Shown: positions 35,901 through 50,130, numbered from the stretch's first letter. The stretch: DNA of 64,000 nt from Leucoraja ocellata (GCA_036785375.1 JAWMAR010000059.1:1736001-1800000), one strand, 5' to 3'. Notes: generated from the letters alone by a model not told the origin. Numbers and translations are program-made.

Positions 35901-38310
35901 TACTCATTAAACTGGTTGGATCAGGCAACAGAAGAAACAACTAAATAAACAGATTATTATTTGCATTGAACCTGCATTTTGATTCCTACTGGTCTGCTGA
36001 CTTCCAGCTACGAACCCACTATCATGACTCTGACATCTTTGCGGTTCTGTGCAGGTCAATGAACGGCCAGCTTGGACGTGGAATATCAAACTGCAACAAA
36101 CTCATGAACGAGTTGTGTCAGATAACCCTCCGAGTTCTGCACGATACCCGTCACAAAACACAACCTTAACCGGGGGCGGCACGGTGGCGCAGCGGTAGAG
36201 TTGCTGCCTTACAGTGCCAGAGACCCCGGTTCAATCCTGACTACGGGTGCTGTCTATACGGAGTTTGCACGTTCTCCCTGTCACCTCCCCGGTTTCCTCC
36301 CACATACCAGGACGTACGTGCAGGTTTGTAGGTTAATTGCCTTCTGTAAGTTGGCCCAAGTGTCTAGGATGTAACTAGTGTGAACGGGTGATCGCTGGTC
36401 GATGTGGACTCGGTCGGCTGAAGTGCCTGATTGCACGCTGTATCTCGAAACTAAACTAAACATAGCATTTGTACCGACATTCCCCTCTGCCACTTGATCA
36501 GTGAGGGCCTGAATATGTGCCTCAACAATTTAAAAAAGGGCCAGACCCGAACAGTGGGACCTGGTTGTGTTTTGTGACTGGCCTCTAAGAACATAAGACA
36601 GAGGAGCAGAATTAGGCCATTCAGCCCATCGCGTCTATTCCACCATGCAATCATAGCTGATCTGCTGTTCCTTCTCAACCCCATTTTCCTGCCCTCTTCC
36701 CATTACATTTGACACCCACAGAATCTATTAATCTCTGCCTTAGAAATATCAATCTACACTTTAAAAACACCCAAAGATGGTCTCCACAGCCGTCTGTGGC
36801 AATGAATTGCACAGATTCACCACTAAAGAAATTCCTCCTCATCTCCATTCTAATGGTACGTCCATTTATTCTGAGGCTGTGGCCTCTGGTCCTCGACTCT
36901 CCCACTAGTGGAAACATCCTCCCCACATCCACTCTGTCTTGGCCTTTCACCATTCGGTAAGTTTCAATGAGATCCCACCTCATCCTTCCAAACTCCAGCG
37001 AGTACAGACCCCTACCTCCAAAAGAGACCCCACTTTCCTGATTTTGGAGAACTTCACAATTGGTTTGGCTCCAGCTTGTAAACAGTAATGTTCACATCAG
37101 GGAGTAAATGCAGTGTCAAACACACTTGCTGATCACTCGCTCACCAATATTTAATGATCCTATTTAACCTTCATCTTATCACACCAAGCATGGTTTGCTC
37201 CAGGTAGCAGTGGGGCTGGCGTGGTTCAGGAGGTTTGGCTGAGCCTGCCAGTCGAGCCCCGCTGTGACTGAGTGTGTGGAGAGCTGGGGAGTAGCTACTC
37301 CCTCCTCATTCCTCCCCACTCGCACCTCGCACCTCGCGCTTTTGCCTCACCAATACTGAACCCATTGCACCCCACGGCAAGATAACTGGGGAATAACAAC
37401 ATTCTCCACTCCCACCACAGAAGGAGAGAAGGGTGTCTCCGAACCTGTGATGGGAGCAGAATTGGACCATTCGGCCCATCAAGTCTACACCGCCATTCAA
37501 TTATGGCTGATCTATCTCTCCCTCCTAACCCCATTCTCCTGCCTTCTCCTCCATAACCCCTGACCCCAAGTGATGGCAGAATATATGGGCCAGAGAAGCC
37601 GGCAGGGGTAGAGACAAAAACAAGAGAAAGGAAAGGTGAGAACGATAAGATCACAGCTGATTTCATGCTGATTTTAGTTCACAACTCTTTTAGAGGCAGG
37701 TACAGCCATATTGTCTTTCTCAGCCACTGCAGTTAGAGGCAGGTCCCACGCACAGAGGGCTTTAGCCGAGGCCCACTCTTTAATCTAAACTGAGTCTGCT
37801 TGCAGTCTTAACATAGAGAAATCAGGACCCCCAGGCATTGGGGCGAGGGTTGGCGTGTTAATGCACATCAGACCGCCGAGCGGGATGATAGATCAGTGGG
37901 TTGCATCACTGCAAATGTTACAGACACAGGGCGGGCTCCGAGCATGCACATGCTGTTACAGAGGAGCTCATGGCAAATGTCGCAGCTGCCAGAAATTTGC
38001 GGAGAGCGGAGGAAAAACGTGCCTAGAGAAAGAAATCGTGCAGAGAAGGTGGCGAAAGAGCAAAAGCATGGGGTGAGTGCAGGGAGGAAGTGCTGTACAT
38101 GCGTGAGGCTGGAGTGGAGGCCCAGGGCTTTGGTTGCGATCCTCAAACCCATCCCTTCACCCCTCAAACCAGAGACTAACTCCAACCAAGGTTTCACCTA
38201 GTCAGCAGAACGTTCTGCCCACGACTCTGTCACCCTTAATTTTTACATTAGACTCTCTCTTGGGCCCACGTCACGTCTTTCATTCCTTGTCTCCCACAAC
38301 TAGTGTCTAA

Positions 38311-38535
38311 TGCCCCTGTCCCACTTAGGAAACCTGAACGGGAACCTCTGCAGACTTTGCGCCCCACCCAAGGTTTCCGTGCGGTTCCCGGAGGTTGCAG
38401 GTGGTTGCCGGAGGTTGCAGGTAGTGGAAGCAGGTGGGGAGACTGACAAAAACCTCCGGGAACTGCACGGAAACCTTGAGTGGGGCGCAAAGTCTCCAGA
38501 GGTTTCCGTTCAGGTTTCCTAAGTGGGACGGGGCA
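38311..38535. mobile_element. PIF/Harbinger-type MITE
   Basis: Long TIR tgcccctgtcccacttaggaaacctgaacg...; TAA TSD. Confidence 0.88.
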
Positions 38536-39109
38536 TAACTCCGATGAGGCCAAGATTAAATGTGTCGGAAGGAACTGCAGATGCTGGTTTACACCGAAGG
38601 TTGACACAAAATGCTGGAGTAACTCAGCGGGACAGCAGCATCCCTGGAGAGAAGGAATGAGTGACATTTCAGGACGAGACTCTCTTCGATCCGAAACTCC
38701 ACCCGTTCCTTCTCTCCAGAGACGCTGCCTGTCCCGCTGAGTTACTCCAGCATTTTGTGTCTACCTTCGAGGCAAAGGTTAAATTGTGCTCGTTGGATCT
38801 AACACTGAAAACTTCAGCCAATTTAAATCTTCCTATTTGCCTCAGTTTGTAAATATCTATCTGTTGGCGATTCCTCTCACTTAACTTGGAAGAAAGAGTT
38901 TGAGAACGGAAGATAGACACAAAAAGCTGGTGTAGCTCAGCAGGACAGGCAGCATCTCTGGGGAGAAGGGATGGATGACGTTTCGGGTCGAGACTCTTCT
39001 TCAGACAAGAGTGGGCTTGGCCGAGATTCAGGGGGGATGGACTGGGTCTACCCTTCTTTTCGCCCCAGAAAGGTAAAGCTGCCTTACTTGCTCAGATTGC
39101 TAATAGAAG

Positions 39110-39535
39110 CATCGACAATAGGTGCAGGAGTAGGCCATTCGGCCCTTCGAGCCAGCACCACCATTCAATATGATCATGGCTGATCATCCAAAATCAGTAC
39201 CCCGTTCCTGCTTTATCCCCCATATCCCTTGATTCCTTACCCCTAAGAACTAAATCTAACTCTCTCTTGAAACATCCAGTGAATTGGCCTCCACTGCCTT
39301 CTGTGGCAGAGAATTCCACAGATTCACAACTTTCTGGGATGAAAAAGTTTTTGATCACCTCAGTCCTAAATGGCCTCTCCCTTATTCTTAAACGATGACC
39401 CCTGGTTCTGGACTCCCCCAACATCGGGAACATTCTTCCTGCATCTACCATGTCCAATTCTCTAAGAGTTTTATATGTTTCTATAAGATCCCCTCTCATC
39501 CTTCTAAATTCCAGCAAATACAAGCCCAGTCGACC
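39110..39535 (-). mobile_element. CR1-like LINE 3' fragment
   Basis: LGLYLLEFRRMRGDLIETYK...TRGH motif and the shared 3' UTR. Confidence 0.82.
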
Positions 39536-40349
39536 GCATTCCCTACTTAAAGTGGAGCCTTCAGCAAAGGCAAGAATCGCCGGCAAATGATTAGGGAGTT
39601 GCGGTGTCAGCCAGCTACCTTCCAAGCAGCCACTCTCAGAAGCTGACGTGCAGAGATCGGCCTTGCAGAGTAAACCACAGCGCAGACAGGTAAAGTGCAC
39701 ACGGACTTGACACAACATCAAAGCAAAGGGCACAGTCACAGATTGGGAAGAACACAGGCTTACGTTGGACACACAACCCAGCTCGCTGCTCCCGAGGATT
39801 GGGTCAACAACGTGTGGAGCTACGTCATGTACGGAGCGGTTAAACCACGCATGACTTGTAGTGTGGAGGAAGTCTCTGACAGATAGGAATACTCCAGCTG
39901 GGCCCTTGTCATGCTGAGTGTGCTGGTGTACACAAGGACCCATGTCTACACTCCCTCCTTCACACCTCCCATGTAATCAAGAGGTTGCCACCTCGCGCCC
40001 AGTCCATTGAAAATTCCTTTCACGCAGAAAATGTGAGAGGTTTTGTTTTTGTTGAAAATCCTTTCTCGGAAGAGTCATTAAATGTCGATTGACTTGGCAA
40101 ATGGAGAGTGGATGCAGAGTGGTGGAGAAATACACGCATTGATAACGGCTGAGGATCGTGGCTTCACAGGCAATTTTCAAAAAAAAAATTAGTAATCGAT
40201 GGTTAAATGGATCAATGCCACCAGAGTGCTGCCAATGTGGAGCCTTCTGGCGAGGGGGGAGGATGGGGTGGGTGTCAGTAGAATGAAGGAATTAGATGTC
40301 AGTGAACTTGGGGCAATGAAGTGACTGATGTTGACTTGGAGGGAGAAGG

Positions 40350-41028
40350 AGGAGCAAACGCGCGCGACAGAGTGAGAGAGAGAGAGAAAGAGAGGGAGAG
40401 ATACAGGGGGAGAGGGAGAGAGGGAAAGGGAGAGAGGGAGGGTGAGGGGGAGAGGGAAGATAGGGAGGAAAGGGAGAGAGAGAGAGGGGAGATGGAGAGG
40501 GAGAGAGAGGGAGAGAGGGAGGGTGAGGGGGAGGGAGAGAGAGAGGGGAGAGGGAAGAGGGAGAGATTAGGGGGGGAAGAGGGAGAGGGAGAAATAGGGG
40601 AGAGGGAGAGAGAGAGAGGGGAGATGGAGAGATGGGAGGGGAAGAGGGAGGGGGAGAAGGGAGAGGGAGAGGGAAGAGGGAGAGATTAGGGAGGAAGAGG
40701 GAGAGGGAGAGATAGGGGAGAGGGAGGGTGAGGGGAGAGGGAAAGATAGGTAGGAGAGGCAGAGAGAGAGATGGGAGATGGAGAGGGGGAGAGGGAGGGG
40801 GGTGAGAGAGAGAGGGGGAGAGGGAGAGATAGGGGGGAAGATGGAGAGGGGGAGAGGGAGAGGGCGATAGAGAGAGGGGAGAGGGAGAGATGGGAGGGAA
40901 GAGGGGAGAGGAGAGGGGAGGGGGAGGTAGAGGGAGAGGGGGAGAGAGACAAAGAGAGGGGAGAGGGAGAGTGAGGGGGAAAGGAGAGGGAGAGAGAGGA
41001 GGAGAGAGAGAGAGAGATAGAGAGATAG
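40350..41028. repeat. (GA)-rich polypurine low-complexity tract
   Basis: Nearly all G/A; similar tracts at 33230-33530 and 56820-57190. Confidence 0.92.
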
Positions 41029-44000
41029 GTATCATAGCAAGTCACCCCTGGCAGCACAAGCATCGGCAAGTGTCAATGTGCAAGGCATGCGGTCAGTAGT
41101 CAGGCAGGCACCATGAAGGGGCCATATAGCAGAGGGTGGGTTAGTGTTGGTTTGGGAAAGACACAGCCCGCCGCAGGGTGGAGATTTCCCTATGTCACCA
41201 CCAGACAAGCAGTTTACCTGAGGCCTCTTTCTGTTTCGGCTGGTGCCATGGAACACAATCTTCAAGTTTATTATTTTGCACAATTCTCAGGAAGTCTATT
41301 TGCCCACGTGTCACACCTGCATCACTTGCGTCCATCTTATCAAAGTCCAACCAGGATTTTTAAGGAGTCTACTTCCATCTACGCAGTTTATCCAAGGTCA
41401 TCGCTGACTCGCTTCCTAGTTATCCAGGAGTTAGACTTCTCTTGGAAAGAGATGTCTACTGACAGGACTGGATGGTAATGTGTTCAGATGATTCAGCTGC
41501 ATTCATCTTTAGTGCTTTGTTGGTAAGAGTGTCTTGTCAAAGATCGGTGTCAGTGAAGCATCCTAGCCTAGTAGTTAGCCTTTAACATGGCCTGACATTA
41601 GAGGGGTTCACTTGAGCTCGGACCTTGGAGTTGCTCACATATTGGGTGTGACTAAGACAGGCCTTGACTTGGAAAGGTGAACTTGACCGTGAGCCTGAGC
41701 CCACTGTAGACGGAGAACCTAACTTCAGTGTGATGTGCCGTTTCCAAATTCACAGTGGTATCAAATTAGGTCAGTTTACTTCAAAGCTGCTCTGTTAGGA
41801 ATTTAAAGTTATGTATTTTAGACTGGAGGCAGTGGCGCAGCGGTAGAGCTGCTGCCTCACAGCGCCAGGGACCCAGGTTCGATCCTGACTACGGGTGCTG
41901 TCTGTAAGTAGTTTGTACATCATTCTCCCTGTGACCTGCGTGGGTTTTCTCCGGGTTTCCTCCCACACTCCAAGGACGTACGGGTTTAGAGGTTAACCTG
42001 GCTTTGGTAACATTGTAAATTGTCCCCAGTGTGTGTGTAGGATAGTGTTAGTGTGCAGGGATCACTGCTTCAGGGCCTCCTTCCGCCCTGTACCTCTAAA
42101 CTAAACTAAATTAAACTAGAATTAAGGTTATTTTCGGAGTTGTAGGTCGGTTCATTAATTTTTGTTAACTATGATTTTGTAGAAAGTATCAGCGTGTTAC
42201 CCCGTCCAATGATTGTGGATGATCAGCCATGATCATATTGGATGGTGGTGCTGGCTCGAAGGGCCGAATGGGCCTCCTCCTGCACCTATTGTCTATGTTA
42301 CTGGGCATCATGTTCGGGTAAACATTGTGGGCTGAAGGGCCTGTTGGTGTGCTTCACTGTTCTGTGGTATAAACTTTAGACCTCATCCCTGGAAATGTTG
42401 TAAGTTCCATCCTGCCTGTATGTATCCATCCCTGCATGTTCCCCACCCTTACAATAACCTATCCAACTCCTTTTCAAACCATTAATAGTATTATTATTCA
42501 CCATTCTACTCTCCTCAACTCCCCCCCCCCCCCCCTCCAGCTATAGACTCACTGAATTCATAAGCACGCAAGCGATAGTTGAAGAATTAGGCCATTCGGC
42601 CCATCAAGTCTACCCCGACATTCAATCATGGCTGATCTATCTCTCCCTCCTAACCCCATTCTCCTGCCTTCGCCCCATAACCCCTGACACCTGTACTAAT
42701 GAAGGATCTATCCACCTCTGCCTTAAAAATTATCCATTGACTTGGCCTCCACAGCCTACTGTGGCAATGAATTCCACAGATTCACCACCTTCTGACTAAA
42801 GAAAATCCTCCTCATCTTTCGAAATGTTCATCCTTTTATTCTAAGGTCCAAGACTCTCCCACTAATGGAAACACCCTCTCCACATCCACTCTATCCAGGC
42901 CTTTCACTATTTGGTAAGTTTCAATGAGGTTTCCCACTCATCCTTCTAAACTCCAGCGATTACAGGCCCAGAGCTGTCAAATGCTCATCATATGTTAGCC
43001 CAGTCATTCCTGGGATCGTTCTTGTAAATGTCCATCCGTTCTCCTGCTTCTCCAAACACCCTATAGAGGGAAAGGCTTCTGTCTGTCTGTCTGTCCCCTC
43101 TGTCAAAACCTCTCTCTCTGTCCAAGAAAACCATCCTAACTCATCCAGCCTCTCGTCAATACTGAGGCTTCCATCCCGAGGAACATTGCACAAACCCCTC
43201 TGTCTCCCTTTCCAAGCCTCTCCTGATCTGCCCACAGCGCTCCTGCTGACGTCTGACCATGCTTTATAAAGTCCGTAAGTGTTAGGGAGCGGAATTAGGC
43301 CATTCGGCCCATCAAGTCTACTCCACCATTCAATCATGGCTGATATCTCATATCTCTCCCTCCTAACCCCATTCTCCTGCCTTCTCCCATAACCCTAACA
43401 CCCGGACTAATCGAGAATCTATCTATCTCTGCCTTAAAAATATCCATTGACTTGGCCTCCACACATTCATGATCTTCTCACACTAGGGCCTCCTAAACCC
43501 TAAGGAGTTGTAGCCTTTGATTCTCAACACACGTTGCCACCTGTAACAGGCTCATGATGAAGAGTGCGGACTCGCTCTCCAGCTCCCCCTTTCATGTGGA
43601 TCATCACCTGTACAGAGCTGTACAGCACAAGAACAGGCCCTTCGGCCCATAACGTCTGTGCCGAACACATGCCAAGACCACCCTATCGATGCCCTTCATG
43701 ATTGTATATATTCCCCTCGATCTCCAGCATTATGTTCCCCTTTATCTCTCCGCTGTGGACGGCTTGATTGTATTCGTTCAAAGTCCTTCCTTAGATTGGA
43801 CAGCACGCAAACAAAAGCCTTTCACTGTACCTCGGCACACGGGGCAATAATAAACGGGCTAAATCATCGACCACTGTCTTCAGTTGCCCAGCAGTTAGCT
43901 TCTCCCCCCCCCTCCCCCTCCCCCTCCCCCCCGCCCCCCACATCCCCCTCCTCGCCTCCATAACTCTCCCCATCCCTGGAGACAGTGGTGGATGATGTAG

Positions 44001-47000
44001 TTCTGTTTATTATGGTCAAAGGTATCGAGGTACAGTGAAAAGCTTTGTTGCCGGGCTCTCCAGTCAGAGACTATACGTGATTACAGTCGAGTGGTCCACA
44101 GAGCACAGATAAAGGATAGAGTAATGCAGGAGGTTGATTGGAGACCCGGTCGGAGTATGTCGGTGCTGCCTCTTTAATGTACCGAGTGAAGAATTGCCTA
44201 ACTCTGCACTAGCGACGAGTAGCCAGCCAGTAGTGGAAAAAGATTGGAAGAGGGTCCAATTGTCATTTTTAAACTCAATTTTTGTTTTATTTCAGAGAAC
44301 AAAAACGCTGCTATATACAGAGAAATCACAAACCGAAAGAAACCAAGCGGATGACAGTTTGCCGAATCACCTCGCTAACCAGAGCCAGTCTATACATTCC
44401 TCGCCTCCACCTTGCGTCCACTCCCACACTCCACTGAGCTCACTCACAGACACAAACTACAACTCTGGGCCCTGGCTGCCAGGCAAGTGGGGTCCTGGGG
44501 GGAGCTGTATCTGCAGCTACAGCTCCGAGACAAGAGTCCACTGTATTCCAGACCCCACATCTCTGCCACAAGGCAGCGTCAACTCCAGCCATGTATAACA
44601 CACCTCACAGACTGCCGTCCTTGTACTTATTTTGGGGGTAAATATAATACCGTTATATGCTCCTTGATGCATAACAAAGGATTTCAAATGCACACATGGA
44701 GTGCAGGTCGGAGGCATTTTCTGTGGTGACCTTGGACAGTCATGGCTGCCCAGGGGGTGTGGGCCTGGGAATGGGTTGTGGGAGGGGGCAGGGACTGGGG
44801 GGTAGGGGTCGTGGGAGGGGGTGGGGACAGGAGCTGGGGCTGGGACATAGAAGCAAGGGGCGGGTTGTGGGTCAGGGCGGGGGGCCAGAACGGATGGGGG
44901 AGTGGGCGGGACGGGGATTAGGCAAGGGTAGGGGTCAGGGGACAGGGGACAGTGGGTGGGGTCAGGGGTCAGAGGTCAGGGCAGGGGCAGAGCACTACGG
45001 GGGAAGGGGAACGAGCCTACACCTTGCCACGCTGTGAGATACACAGACCTAACCCCTGGGTGGCCCACAGCCTCCCTACCAACCACTGCTGAGGCTAAGG
45101 ACAAGGAACAGCCACTGGGCTGGGATTTCAGGGTATCTGGGCTCAAATCCCAAGAGCACAGGATTGGGAACTGGAGAGGATTGGGGAGCGGGGGGGGGGG
45201 GGGGGGGGGGGGGGATATATTGAAATCTGCTTCCAGTCTTGTCACAGCGAGGTGTGTTACAAAAAACGGGCCCAGACTTTACCCAAGTTATTCCAGCATC
45301 TTTCACTCTTAGATCCGTCTAACTGGACTCTACACATCACCTCCACAAGTTCAGCCTTCGATAAAGCACTTATAATTTACACCCCCCCCCCCCCCCCCCC
45401 TTGAAGGAATGCTCACACATCACAGGCACCGAGAAAAAAAAATACTATATCTAACCTGGTCGATGGAACTAATTTCAATAAAGGAAGGTTTAGTGGATAC
45501 ATTCATCTCAATTCAATGTGCAAACGATCAGCTCTTGGTGTAGTGTAAATTTGGTTAAAATTGACAATTAATTGCAAGATTTCCTTATTTGTCCTCTGTG
45601 TTTTGTTGAACTAGGGTCAGGGAGGGAGAGTCACAACTCTGCTGCAACAAGCCCATACTTGCGTGATTTAATCTGAATTGTGCGCACTGATTCCCCCCCT
45701 TTCTGTTCCGCTTGCCCCGGAATCTGAATCCAATGAGATACACAGATCATGTCTTGCTGCACTGCCTTTACTAGCGAGGTCAAGCAAGAGAGGGTCAACG
45801 GTTTCACTAATTAAGGGGAGAATCCTCAACTCACTGGGCGATAGTCAATGAGAGACACAGAGTGTCTGGGGTTATGGGGAGAAGGCAGGAGAATGGGGCT
45901 GAGAGAGAAAGATAGATCAGCCACGATTGAATGGAGGTCTCGACTTCATGGGCCGAATGTTGGTCGTTTAGAACGGAGATGAGGAAAAACGTTTGTCACC
46001 CAGAGAGTTGTGAATATGTGGAATTCTCTGCCTCAGAAGGCAGTGGAGGCCAATTCTCGGGATGCTTTTAAGAGAGAGTAAGATAGAGCTCTTAAAGATA
46101 GCGGAGTCAAGGGATATGGGAAGAAGGCAGGAACGGGGTACTGATTGTGGATGATCACAGTGAATGGCGATGGCGAATAGCCTACTCCTGCACCTGTTGT
46201 CTATTGTCTATTGAATGGCCGCAGTCTGCTCGTACAAGCTATGAACCTATGAAAGTGCTGGAGTAACTCAGCGGGTCAGGGTACATCTCTGGAGAACATG
46301 GATAGGTGACGATTCGGGTTGGGACCTCTCTTCGGATGCTTAATTGGTTCTGGTCAAATGTTGGGGCTGACCTTTAGCAAGAAGCATCCAAACATGAGCC
46401 CCAGATTAGCAATTAACTATTGAAGCAAATGGCTGGGATTTGCCTGGTGTTTATTACGGGGAATCTGAAGGGCAACTCTTTTTCACTTAGGTGGGTGTAT
46501 GGAACGAGCTGCCAGAGTTGAGTCATTTGGAATCATACTTGGACAGCTACATGGCTCGCAAAGGTTTGGAGCAATGTGGATCAAATACGGGCAAATGGGA
46601 TTAGCTTGGGTGGGTTGGCATGGATAAGTCGGGCCGAAGGGCCTGCTTCCATGCTGTAAGACTCTATGACTGTTTATGCTGACAAACCTAACTACCTGCA
46701 TCGAGAAACAAGATACAAAGTGCTGGAGTAATTCAGCGGGGTAGCATTTATGGAGAACAAGGATAGGTGACACATCAAGAAACAGTTCAGTAATCTCCAG
46801 CTAGTAAAACTGAATTGGTGAAATAAACTGATCTCATTTGCCACTGAAACGTCGGCATGAAGAACAGCAGATGCTGTAATCTTGTATCAAAGACCAAGTG
46901 CCGACATTACTCAGTGGGTCAGGCAGCACCAGTGGACAACATGGAGAAGGCCAGGTTTCAGGTGGGGACCCTTCTTCAGTTCTTCCAGCAGTCTGTGTGT

Positions 47001-47038
47001 CACTGAAGTGTAATGGCTGACGTTAGATGATGTGTAAT

Positions 47039-48328
47039 CAATGGTTTGTCCGGTCTGAGTCAACACATGATTCTGGAGTATGGGGTACAATTTTGGTCGC
47101 CTAATTATAGGAAGGACGTCAACAAAATAGAGAGAGTACAGAGGAGATTTACTAGAATGTTGCCTGGGTTTCAGCAACTAAGTTACAGTGAAAGGTTGAA
47201 CAAGTTAGGGCTTTATTCTTTGGAGCACAGAAGGTTAAGGGGGGACTTGATAGAGGTCTTTAAAATGATGAGAGGGATAGACAGAGTTGACATGGATAAG
47301 CTTTTCCCACTGAGAGTAGGGAAGATGCAAACAAGAGGACATGACTTGAGAATTAAGGGACAGAAGTTTAGGGGTAACATGAGGGGGAACTTCTTTACTC
47401 AGAGAGTGGTAGCTGTGTGGAATGAGCTTCCAGTGAAGGTGGTGGAGGCAGGTTCGTTTTTATAATTTAAAAATAAATTGGATAGTTATATGGACGGGAA
47501 GGGAATGGAGGGTTATGGTCTGAGCGCAGGTATATGGGACTAGGGGAGAATACGTGTTCGGCACGGACTAGAAGGATCGAGATGGCCTGTTTCCGTGCTG
47601 TAATTGTTGTATGGTTATATGGTTATGATTCAGTGATTCAATGATTCCATGATAGTTTATTGTCAAATGTACCGAGGAACAGTGAAACACTTTGTTTTTG
47701 CATTAAGTATACGAAGTACAAAATAGTCGACAAAGACAAAATTACAGATTTATTTATTACAGTCCTCCTCTCCACGGCCCAACTCCGGGCTGGGAAAGAG
47801 CGGACCCGGCGATCGGGACAAGGAGAGGGGATGGGGGAAAGGAGAGTGGATGGGGATGAGTACAGGGTATGGGGCAAGGAGAGGGGATGGGGATGAGGAG
47901 AGGGGATGGGGAAAGGAGAGGGGATGGGGACAAGGAGAGGGGATGGGGATGAGGAGAGGGGGATGGGGGAAAGGAGAGGGGATGGGGATGAGGAGAGGGG
48001 ATGGGGATGAGGAGAGGGGATGGGGATGAGGAGAGGGGATGGGGATGAGGAGAGGGGATGGGGATGAGGAGAGGGGATGGGGGAAAGGAGAGGGGATGGG
48101 GGAAAGGAGAGGGGATGGGGACAAGGAGGTGGGGACAAAGATGGGCCGTGGAGAGGAGGAGTGTAATAAATACATCTGTAACTGTCGACGCCAGATACCT
48201 GGTGATTCTTTGTGTACTTGGCGTATTTTATGCAAAAACAAAACATTTCACTGTTCCTCGGTACATGTGACAATAAACTAACATTGAATCACTGAATCAT
48301 GTGTTGACTCAGACCGGACAAACCATTG
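47039..48328. mobile_element. Fold-back structure with long inverted arms around a 19-bp minisatellite
   Basis: Left arm 47039-47073 plus 47632-47781 is the inverse of 48141-48328; the centre is (atggggatgaggagagggg)n. Confidence 0.8.
47074..47624 (+). mobile_element. CR1-like LINE inserted into the left arm of the fold-back
   Basis: RT C-terminal ORF (LEYGVQFWSPNYRKD...); 7-bp TSD atgattc at 47067-47073 and 47625-47631. Confidence 0.9.
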
Positions 48329-48856
48329 TCTATTTCTCACCCATTCCTTCTCTCCAGAGACGCTGCCTGCCCGCTGAGTTACTCCAGCGTTTTGTGTCTA
48401 TCTTCGGTTTAAACCAGCATCTGCAGTTCCTTCCTACACATGCTGAGGTATTCCAGTTTTTTGTGTCTATCTTTGGTTTAACCTGTTCACTGCCAAGTTT
48501 TTTTCCCCACTATTGTCCATGTACTCGGTGGGGGGGGGGGGGGGGAGGGGAGGGGTGGCACTGAACAAGTCAAGCTAGCATCCGCACAGTTCCTTCCTAC
48601 ACATCCTCTATTCCCTTGGCTGCCTTCCTTTACAGACCCTCTCAGGCAGATGAGCATGGGGGTCCACTGTATAGAGTGAGCATTCCTTCACACCAGACTG
48701 CACCTCTCACTGACAAATCACTCAGATAGCAACAGCCCGGTCAAACTACACTAACACAAGGGAGCCAACAGCTTATTAAATTCCCTAAAACTACTTTGCA
48801 AGGAATCGAGAGATATAGAAGCTGACTCTTTATACAGAAACAAGGATTTTTAACAC

Positions 48857-48862
48857 TTTATT
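48857..48862 (-). promoter_or_regulatory. Candidate poly(A) signal of the short isoform
   Basis: AATAAA on the minus strand about 230 nt after the short-isoform stop, in non-repeat sequence. Confidence 0.45.
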
Positions 48863-49093
48863 GTCATAATAACATTCGTGCATGAGGGAGTAGTGTACAG
48901 TGAGTGGCAACAGATTAGACCACAGGGAAGATTCAAGGCGATGGAGAATCAACAAGCACTTTCTTTAACTTGTTTTTAAGGAGATTTGATGTTTTTTCAA
49001 GCTACTAAATTTCAAAAGAGTCACTACGATGGAAATCTTCCCTTAATATTAGTTTAGTCATTCTATCTTAGTGCCTGATTACACGTGGGCACG

Positions 49094-49190
49094 TTAGCCT
49101 TTAATATTAAGGATCTGTGCAGACAGACCATTGTGCCATTTACGTAATTTGGCAAAGCGCGGGCCTTTAACTTCATGTTCAAACTTTTCC
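49094..49190 (-). CDS. LDB3: LDB3 alternative terminal exon of the short, LIM-less isoform (Cypher2/ZASP-S)
   Basis: Long polypyrimidine tract then ccacag; (R)EKFEHEVKGPRFAKLRKWHNGLSAQILNIKG then TAA; compare mammalian ERFETERNSPRFAKLRNWHHGLSAQILNVKS. Confidence 0.93.
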
Positions 49191-49857
49191 CTGTGGCATA
49201 GAGAAAGAGAGAAAAGAGAGAGGAGGACAAGAGTGAGGGGGATGAGGGAATAAGACCCGAATACGTCTCCTCACCTCACAGCACACAAACCAAACGAAGC
49301 ACATGGCAAATGACAAGGCTTACAAAGTCCCCAATTGATCTGCTACAAGCGGAGCAAGGGGGGGGGGGGGTGGGAGGAAAGGGGAAGCTTTGCGCACCAG
49401 TTTCCGAATCATTCTCGATCCTTAAACTGATGGCCCTTTGAACATCCTTGTCATTTCTGTGTTAGAAGCAGGGACGACAGACAAAACCAGAGCAAACCCC
49501 CCGTGATTAGTGTCGATCTTGGCAGGCAACGTTGCCTGGGGATGGGCGTGAAGCTTGTCATGAGGACAATATTGGAGAGACGTCCTCCACCAACTGAAGC
49601 CCAATGTACCAAGGTGAACTGACGGAACTATTCCCCGTGACCTACCACAGGCAAACCCATAGTTCAGAGCTCGACATATTGCCCGGAATCTCAGGTAGAT
49701 TTCACCGTCCAATTTCGGGATGAACTGGTGGTAATCTTGATACCCCCGCCTCTGTGATGTGAGTGAATGCTGAGGGTTGGGGTATTGTGTTGCTATGTTT
49801 ACTGTCTGGCTGTGTGTGGTGGAGGCCAGGTGGATGCTGCTCTTGCAAGAAGCCTAC

Positions 49858-49894
49858 CTGGATCGTTTCATCGCTTCCTCATCGGGATCTTGCA
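49858..49894 (-). CDS. LDB3: LDB3 37-nt exon
   Basis: ttttgtgttgcag / gtaggc; (L)QDPDEEAMKRS, compare mammalian MQDPDEEALRRS; phase 1 to 2. Confidence 0.95.
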
Positions 49895-50130
49895 CTGCAA
49901 CACAAAAGAACCCAATGAGTGGCAAAGCCCAAGCACTCTTACCCCCGTCCCACCCGCAGGTCTCCAATGGGGGCTCTTCATGGAGCTGGCAAGGGGCAGG
50001 GGAGGAGAAGATGGCAGCTGTGCCCGCTCTCCACACTACTGAGAGATCGGACTATCCGCTGTGTGTGCACAGCACAGTCAAACTCTGACCCTTATATGGA
50101 CTTGATTCATCACCACATCGATCAGACAGA

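Noticed and set aside
36174-36245. tRNA gene
   Set aside because: It is the tRNA-derived head of an HE1/V-SINE and runs straight into the SINE body; the same applies to the other copies.
39619-39661. 43-nt candidate exon
   Set aside because: Weak AAG acceptor and gtagct donor; it shifts the frame and shows no homology.
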